Origin: a virus
Taxonomy: Duplodnaviria; Heunggongvirae; Uroviricota; Caudoviricetes
Reading direction: 5' to 3' (one strand)
DNA: 39,437 nt
IMG/VR virus record: IMGVR_UViG_2687453623_000006
Shown here piece by piece: positions 34,952 to 39,437 of this stretch; the stretch's first letter is position 1, and each line of letters starts with the position of its first letter. The translations under genes and the position numbers were made by a program. A model generated the notes under the pieces. The model was given only the letters and a program-made list of their open reading frames with translations. It was not told where the DNA came from and made no database searches.

Positions 34952-37146
34952 TTATGGGAAACCTGAATGAAACAGAAAAGTGGGAAGAAAAAATCTATCA
35001 ACTGGAGACATCAGATCCGGTTCTGGGTGGTGCTGACGGGATATCAAATCGAGCCCCCCGGCAACTGGCAAACAGGACGAAATGGCTGAAGAAAAAAACG
35101 GAGGAAGCCGCACAGTCACTGGCTGAACACGTACGTTCCCGTAACCACCCGGACGCGACACTGACAGCTAAGGGGTTCACCCAACTGAGCAGTGCCACCA
35201 ACAGCACCTCTGAAACGCTGGCCGCCACACCAAAAGCCGTCAAGGCTGCATACGACCTTGCAGCCGGCAAGGCACCCGTCAGTCACACTCACCCGTGGAG
35301 TCAGATAACGGGAGTGCCTGCTGCCTCGCTGACGGCAAAAGGCACCGTACAGCTGAGCAGTGCCACGGACAGTCAATCAGAAACTGAGGCTGCCACGCCG
35401 AAGGCTGTGAAAATCGCGTATGATCTGGCCCGGGGAAAATACACAGCCCAGGATGCAACAACGACCCGTAAAGGGATCGTACAACTGAGCAGTGCCACCA
35501 ACAGCACCTCTGAAACGCTGGCCGCCACACCAAAGGCCGTCAAGGCTGCATATGACCTAGCTGCCGGCAAGGCCCCCGTCAGCCACACTCACCCGTGGAG
35601 TCAGATAACGGGAGTGCCTGCTGCCTCGCTGACGGCAAAAGGCACCGTACAACTGAGCAGCGCCACGGACAGTCAATCAGAAACTGAGGCTGCCACGCCG
35701 AAGGCTGTGAAAATCGCGTATGATCTGGCCCGGGGAAAATACACAGCCCAGGATGCAACAACGACCCGTAAAGGGATCGTACAACTGAGCAGTGCCACCA
35801 ACAGCACCTCTGAAACGCTGGCCGCCACACCAAAGGCCGTCAAGGCTGCATATGACCTGGCTGCCGGCAAGGCCCCCGTCAGCCACACTCACCCGTGGAG
35901 TCAGATAACGGGAGTGCCTGCTGCCTCGCTGACGGCAAAAGGCACCGTACAACTGAGCAGCGCCACGGACAGTCAATCAGAAACTGAGGCTGCCACGCCG
36001 AAGGCTGTGAAAATCGCGTATGATCTGGCCCGGGGAAAATACACAGCCCAGGATGCAACAACGACCCGTAAAGGGATCGTACAACTGAGCAGTGCCACCA
36101 ACAGCACCTCTGAAACGCTGGCCGCCACACCAAAGGCCGTCAAGGCTGCATATGACCTGGCTGCCGGCAAGGCCCCCGTCAGCCACACTCACCCGTGGAG
36201 TCAGATAACGGGAGTGCCTGCTGCCTCGCTGACGGCAAAAGGCACCGTACAACTGAGCAGCGCCACGGACAGTCAATCAGAAACTGAGGCTGCCACGCCG
36301 AAGGCGGTCAAGGCTGCATACGACCTTGCAGCCGGCAAGGCCCCCGTCAGCCACACTCACCCGTGGAGTCAGATAACGGGAGTGCCTGCTGCCTCGCTGA
36401 CGGCAAAAGGCACCATACAATTGAGCAGTGCCATCAACAGCACGTCTGAAATACTGGCCGCCACACCGAAAGCGGTCAAGGCTGCATACGATCTGGCAAA
36501 CGGAAAACAACCGGCAGATGCCACGCTCACTGCTCTGGCAGGACTTGCCACTGCAGCAGATCGGTTGCCTTATTTTACCGGAGCAGACCGCGCAGCGCTG
36601 GCAACCCTTACAGCTATTGGTCGCGCTATTATCGCTAAGGGCAGTATAAAAGATGTCCTCAATTACCTTGGTTTGGGGGAAGGCTCTGCATTGCCTGTTG
36701 GTGTGCCTGTTCCGTGGCCCACCGCCACACCGCCAGCAGGCTGGTTACAGTGCAACGGAGCTACGTTCACCAAAGAACAATATCCTGTTCTGGCCAGAGT
36801 CTACCCGACCCTCCGTCTTCCCGATTTACGCGGTGAGTTTATCCGTGGATGGGACGACGGGCGCAAGATTGACGAGGGGCGTAAGTTGCTTTCATGGCAG
36901 AAAGGTACACTGGTCGGCGGTCATGACGATAACGATTCTTCGCTGGATATCTCGTACATGAGTAACGGAAATAATATTGACTATGGCGGCGATAAGGTGT
37001 TTGCGGGGAATTACCGTAGCGATTATTTGTGGTACGCAATTCTGGGTGGAACAAACAGTCGCGCAAAAGCCGAATTAAACGGAGCATTCTTTAACATAAC
37101 CCGCCCCCGCAATATCGCGTTTAACTATATCGTGAGGGCGGCGTGA
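34948..37146 (+). CDS. tail fibre protein (constant N-terminus, repeat-rich shaft, exchangeable C-terminal cassette)
   Basis: 732 aa; repeated LSSAT(N/D)S(T/Q)SET(L/E)AATPKAVK(A/I)AYDLA motifs; C-terminal region homologous to two inverted downstream cassettes. Confidence 0.8.
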   Translation: MIMGNLNETEKWEEKIYQLETSDPVLGGADGISNRAPRQLANRTKWLKKKTEEAAQSLAEHVRSRNHPDATLTAKGFTQLSSATNSTSETLAATPKAVKAAYDLAAGKAPVSHTHPWSQITGVPAASLTAKGTVQLSSATDSQSETEAATPKAVKIAYDLARGKYTAQDATTTRKGIVQLSSATNSTSETLAATPKAVKAAYDLAAGKAPVSHTHPWSQITGVPAASLTAKGTVQLSSATDSQSETEAATPKAVKIAYDLARGKYTAQDATTTRKGIVQLSSATNSTSETLAATPKAVKAAYDLAAGKAPVSHTHPWSQITGVPAASLTAKGTVQLSSATDSQSETEAATPKAVKIAYDLARGKYTAQDATTTRKGIVQLSSATNSTSETLAATPKAVKAAYDLAAGKAPVSHTHPWSQITGVPAASLTAKGTVQLSSATDSQSETEAATPKAVKAAYDLAAGKAPVSHTHPWSQITGVPAASLTAKGTIQLSSAINSTSEILAATPKAVKAAYDLANGKQPADATLTALAGLATAADRLPYFTGADRAALATLTAIGRAIIAKGSIKDVLNYLGLGEGSALPVGVPVPWPTATPPAGWLQCNGATFTKEQYPVLARVYPTLRLPDLRGEFIRGWDDGRKIDEGRKLLSWQKGTLVGGHDDNDSSLDISYMSNGNNIDYGGDKVFAGNYRSDYLWYAILGGTNSRAKAELNGAFFNITRPRNIAFNYIVRAA
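35150..36520 (+). repeat. in-frame tandem array of near-identical 300-bp (100-aa) units in the tail-fibre shaft, about 4.5 copies
   Basis: CTGAGCAGTGCCACCAACAGCACCTCTGAAACGCTGGCC recurs at 35185, 35485, 35785 and 36085; identical antisense ORFs in the track at 300-bp offsets. Confidence 0.85.
36661..36867 (+). repeat. inversion-site homology block A inside the tail-fibre gene (gix-like crossover site at its 5' edge)
   Basis: About 200 bp nearly identical in inverted orientation to 38086..38290 and 38599..38811; 5' edge ACCTTGGTTTGGGGG resembles the Gin/Hin crossover core (AAACC-NN-GGTTT). Confidence 0.7.
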
Positions 37147-37152
37147 TACCGT

Positions 37153-37767
37153 TCAGCTGGCAAGTGCCAGTGGCGCTTCCGGCCAGCTGATTTCAGGTGC
37201 CGTGCTGATATCCAGTGCGTTCAGCTCGTCGATATAATCCAGCACGGCGTTCAGTTTTGCCGTTTCTTCTGGTGTCAGACTGCGACCAGCACGCAGTTTG
37301 AGGTTGATAAGATCGACGGACGCCATCGCCTGTTTCACCCGTTGCTGGCGTTGCTGTCTGGCAACCTCCAGTTCTGCGGCTCGCTGCCGTTCAGTATCGG
37401 TTACCCACGCCTCACCGTTCCAGGTATCCCATGGCGTGGCCGGCTGTTTTGTGGTGGTGTCCGCCGGGTAATCACCCGGTTGGGTAATCAGAACGGGGTT
37501 ACCGTTCTCCGTGCTGTATACCGTCTCGCCGCGGTGATCAGGCACATGCTCCCACCCGTTCAGCGTGGCAGTCCGGCAAACCACGTAACCCGAAATTGCC
37601 TCCGGCGGTGCATCGGCGCACGAATGTGCCGGAGTACCCACCCCAAGGGCGAGATACTCCACAGAGGATGAGGTGTATTCCCGGGTTTCCTCGTCATAGT
37701 GATATACAGTGATCTCGCCCGCTACAGTGGCGATACCGTTTTCATCCAGAACTGCAGTGTTACTCAT
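37153..37767 (-). CDS. tail fibre assembly chaperone (Mu U-like), in currently silent orientation
   Basis: 204 aa; directly downstream of the minus-strand cassette at 37767..38249 with overlapping stop/start. Confidence 0.7.
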   Translation of the reverse strand: MSNTAVLDENGIATVAGEITVYHYDEETREYTSSSVEYLALGVGTPAHSCADAPPEAISGYVVCRTATLNGWEHVPDHRGETVYSTENGNPVLITQPGDYPADTTTKQPATPWDTWNGEAWVTDTERQRAAELEVARQQRQQRVKQAMASVDLINLKLRAGRSLTPEETAKLNAVLDYIDELNALDISTAPEISWPEAPLALAS

Positions 37768-38249
37768 TAAACTGCCCTCACAATGTAATTAAGTGCAATG
37801 CTACGGGGTCTGACAGTGATACCCTTCGCATACCCGCTTCTGATAGAGGTCAGAATAGTAGCCTGCATACCATTGTCTGACATTGCCACGACAGGATCGC
37901 TGAATGTTGTCCCGTCCGGCATTTTAAAGCTGCCCTCACGAAGGTCTGTAATGGAATCTTCATTGTTGAATCCCATGCCGACTATCCCCGAGGTTCCCGT
38001 AGTGTCCTGGTTATAATAATCCAGCATTGCTGTTCTTAACAGCGTTGCCCCTTGTGCGGACAGCAACTTACGTCCTGTATCAACTTTGCGCCCGTCGTCC
38101 CATCCACGGATAAACTCACCGCGTAAATCGGGAAGACGGAGGGTCGGGTAGACTCTGGCCAGAACAGGATATTGTTCTTTTGTAAAGGCGCGCCCGTCGC
38201 ACTTTAACCAGCCTGCTGGCGGTGTGGCGGTGGGAAACGGAACAGGCAC
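37767..38249 (-). CDS. alternative tail-fibre C-terminal cassette B (currently unfused)
   Basis: N-terminal 60 aa PVPFPTATPPAGWLKCDGRAFTKEQYPVLARVYPTLRLPDLRGEFIRGWDDGRKVD nearly identical to the C-terminal region of the expressed fibre, then diverges. Confidence 0.7.
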   Translation of the reverse strand: MPVPFPTATPPAGWLKCDGRAFTKEQYPVLARVYPTLRLPDLRGEFIRGWDDGRKVDTGRKLLSAQGATLLRTAMLDYYNQDTTGTSGIVGMGFNNEDSITDLREGSFKMPDGTTFSDPVVAMSDNGMQATILTSIRSGYAKGITVRPRSIALNYIVRAV

Positions 38250-38290
38250 ACCAACGGGTAGCGCCGAGCCTTCTCCTAAACCAACGTTTT
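38086..38290 (-). repeat. inversion-site homology block B
   Basis: Inverted copy of block A; gix-like core AAAACGTTGGTTTAGG on the minus strand at about 38262..38290. Confidence 0.65.
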
Positions 38291-38793
38291 TATGCGGCCC
38301 TTACGATGTAATTAAACGCAACATTGCGGGGGCGCATTGATATCCATGCCCCGGTAAAATTATCCTCCGCTGTCCTTTGAATACCCGTTATAGAGTTATC
38401 TGCTGATGCAGGAACATAATCGCTATTATTTCCTGCTTTAGGATTAGCTGGGTTTCCAACGGTTATAACAGAATCAGCAGTAGCAAAAGCGATACCTACT
38501 TTGACATTAGTATTCAGATCGTAACCGTAATAATCCTGCAAAGCTGTACGAATAAATGTTGCAGCCTGACCACTTAGCAATGAACGCCCCGTATCAACTT
38601 TGCGCCCGTCGTCCCATCCACGGATAAACTCACCGCGCAAATCGGGAAGACGGAGGGTCGGGTAGACTCTGGCCAGAACAGGATATTGTTCTTTTGTAAA
38701 GGCGCGCCCGTCGCACTTTAACCAGCCTGCTGGCGGTGTGGCGGTGGGCCATGGAACAGGCACACCAACAGGCAGTGCAGAGCCTTCCCCCAA
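38290..38793 (-). CDS. alternative tail-fibre C-terminal cassette C (currently unfused)
   Basis: N-terminus GEGSALPVGVPVPWPTATPPAGWLKCDGRAFTKEQYPVLARVYPTLRLPDLRGEFIRGWDDGRKVD matches the expressed fibre, then a distinct C-terminal domain. Confidence 0.7.
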   Translation of the reverse strand: MGEGSALPVGVPVPWPTATPPAGWLKCDGRAFTKEQYPVLARVYPTLRLPDLRGEFIRGWDDGRKVDTGRSLLSGQAATFIRTALQDYYGYDLNTNVKVGIAFATADSVITVGNPANPKAGNNSDYVPASADNSITGIQRTAEDNFTGAWISMRPRNVAFNYIVRAA

Positions 38794-38811
38794 ACCAACG
38801 TTTATCTCTCA
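38599..38811 (-). repeat. inversion-site homology block C
   Basis: Inverted copy of block A; gix-like core GATAAACGTTGGTTTGGGGG on the minus strand at about 38786..38811. Confidence 0.65.
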
Positions 38812-38864
38812 AATCCTCCCCACATTATCTCAGTACTTTAACCACTCAAAAGGGAGTATTTTTA

Positions 38865-39437
38865 ATGCTGATTGGCTACATACGTGTGTCAACAAATGAC
38901 CAAAACACAGATTTGCAACGCAATGCATTAATGTGCGCAGGATGTGAACAGATTTTTGAGGACAAAATGAGCGGAACCAAGTCGGAACGACCAGGCCTGA
39001 AACGCGCTTTAAAGTGCCTTAAAAGAGGGGATACATTGGTGGTCTGGAAGCTGGATCGGTTGGGTAGAAGAATGAAACACCTCATTGCTCTCACAGAAGA
39101 GCTACGCGCAAAAGGTGTCAATTTTCGCAGTCTGACGGATTCAATCGATACCAGCACTCCGATGGGAAGGTTCTTTTTTCATATGATGGGTGCACTGGCA
39201 GAAATGGAGCGTGAACTGATAGTTGAGCGCACGCTGGCAGGACTGGCTGCTGCGCGAGCACAAGGAAGAGTTGGAGGACGTCGCCCGAAACTGACGAAGG
39301 AGCAGCATGAGCAGATCGCAAGATTGCTCCAGAAAGGGTATGACAGAAAGCGGCTGGCAATTATCTATGATATTGGACTGTCAACGATCTACCGCTACCA
39401 CCCTGTTGGGACTGTCATAACGCAACCTGAAATGTAA
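38865..39437 (+). CDS. gin: Gin/Hin/Cin-family serine DNA invertase
   Basis: 190 aa from ATG 38865 (AAGGGAG RBS); MLIGYIRVSTNDQNTDLQRNAL with catalytic Ser, C-terminal HTH; near-identical in pattern to Mu Gin as recalled; adjacent to inverted-repeat-flanked fibre cassettes. Confidence 0.85.
   Translation: MLIGYIRVSTNDQNTDLQRNALMCAGCEQIFEDKMSGTKSERPGLKRALKCLKRGDTLVVWKLDRLGRRMKHLIALTEELRAKGVNFRSLTDSIDTSTPMGRFFFHMMGALAEMERELIVERTLAGLAAARAQGRVGGRRPKLTKEQHEQIARLLQKGYDRKRLAIIYDIGLSTIYRYHPVGTVITQPEM

Larger units (their letters stand above)
1235..39437. mobile_element. Mu-like transposable prophage, partial (right end outside window; left boundary not established)
   Basis: Contiguous Mu-type gene set: Ner-like, transposase A, AAA+ B, Gam, GemA, Mor, lysis cassette, terminase, portal, Mu F/G/I/T head genes, sheath, tube, tape measure, baseplate, invertible tail-fibre region and gin. 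Confidence 0.8.

Noticed and set aside
28647-36520. CRISPR array suspected because of regular tandem repeats
   Set aside because: Repeat units are 261 and 300 bp, in frame within long ORFs, with no short repeat and unique spacer structure and no cas genes; they are protein-coding repeats.
34998-36551. Series of near-identical 71-99-aa minus-strand ORFs inside the tail-fibre gene
   Set aside because: Antisense shadows of the 300-bp tandem fibre repeats; no independent coding evidence.
1-39437. Reverse transcriptase, retron or diversity-generating retroelement near the variable tail fibre
   Set aside because: No ORF in any frame shows reverse-transcriptase motifs (for example YxDD); fibre variation is explained by the invertase and inverted cassettes.

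Overview
Almost the whole window is one Mu-like transposable prophage, with an unusual split layout: the early genes run leftward on the minus strand (about 10.0 kb down to 1.2 kb) and the late genes run rightward on the plus strand (13.0 kb to 37.1 kb). The early arm carries Ner-like regulator, DDE transposase A, AAA+ transposition ATPase B, Gam, a run of small genes, GemA and Mor. The late arm carries a lysis cassette, terminase, portal, Mu F/G/I/T head genes, sheath, tube, frameshifted tail chaperone, tape measure, P2-like baseplate genes and a tail fibre. The right end of the window is a G-region-like inversion switch with three alternative tail-fibre C-terminal cassettes and a Gin-like serine invertase. 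A HigB/HigA toxin-antitoxin pair sits at the extreme left. The two places most likely to hold something undescribed are (i) a four-gene accessory island between the repressor and the lysis genes (Dam methyltransferase, two small ORFs with back-to-back start codons, and a 247-aa P-loop protein) and (ii) a left-end cargo membrane protein just downstream of mor. All calls rest on reading the supplied ORF translations for motifs and synteny remembered from Mu/P2-type phages; no homology search, alignment or RNA folding was run, so family names are best-effort and prophage boundaries are not established (the right end lies beyond the window).
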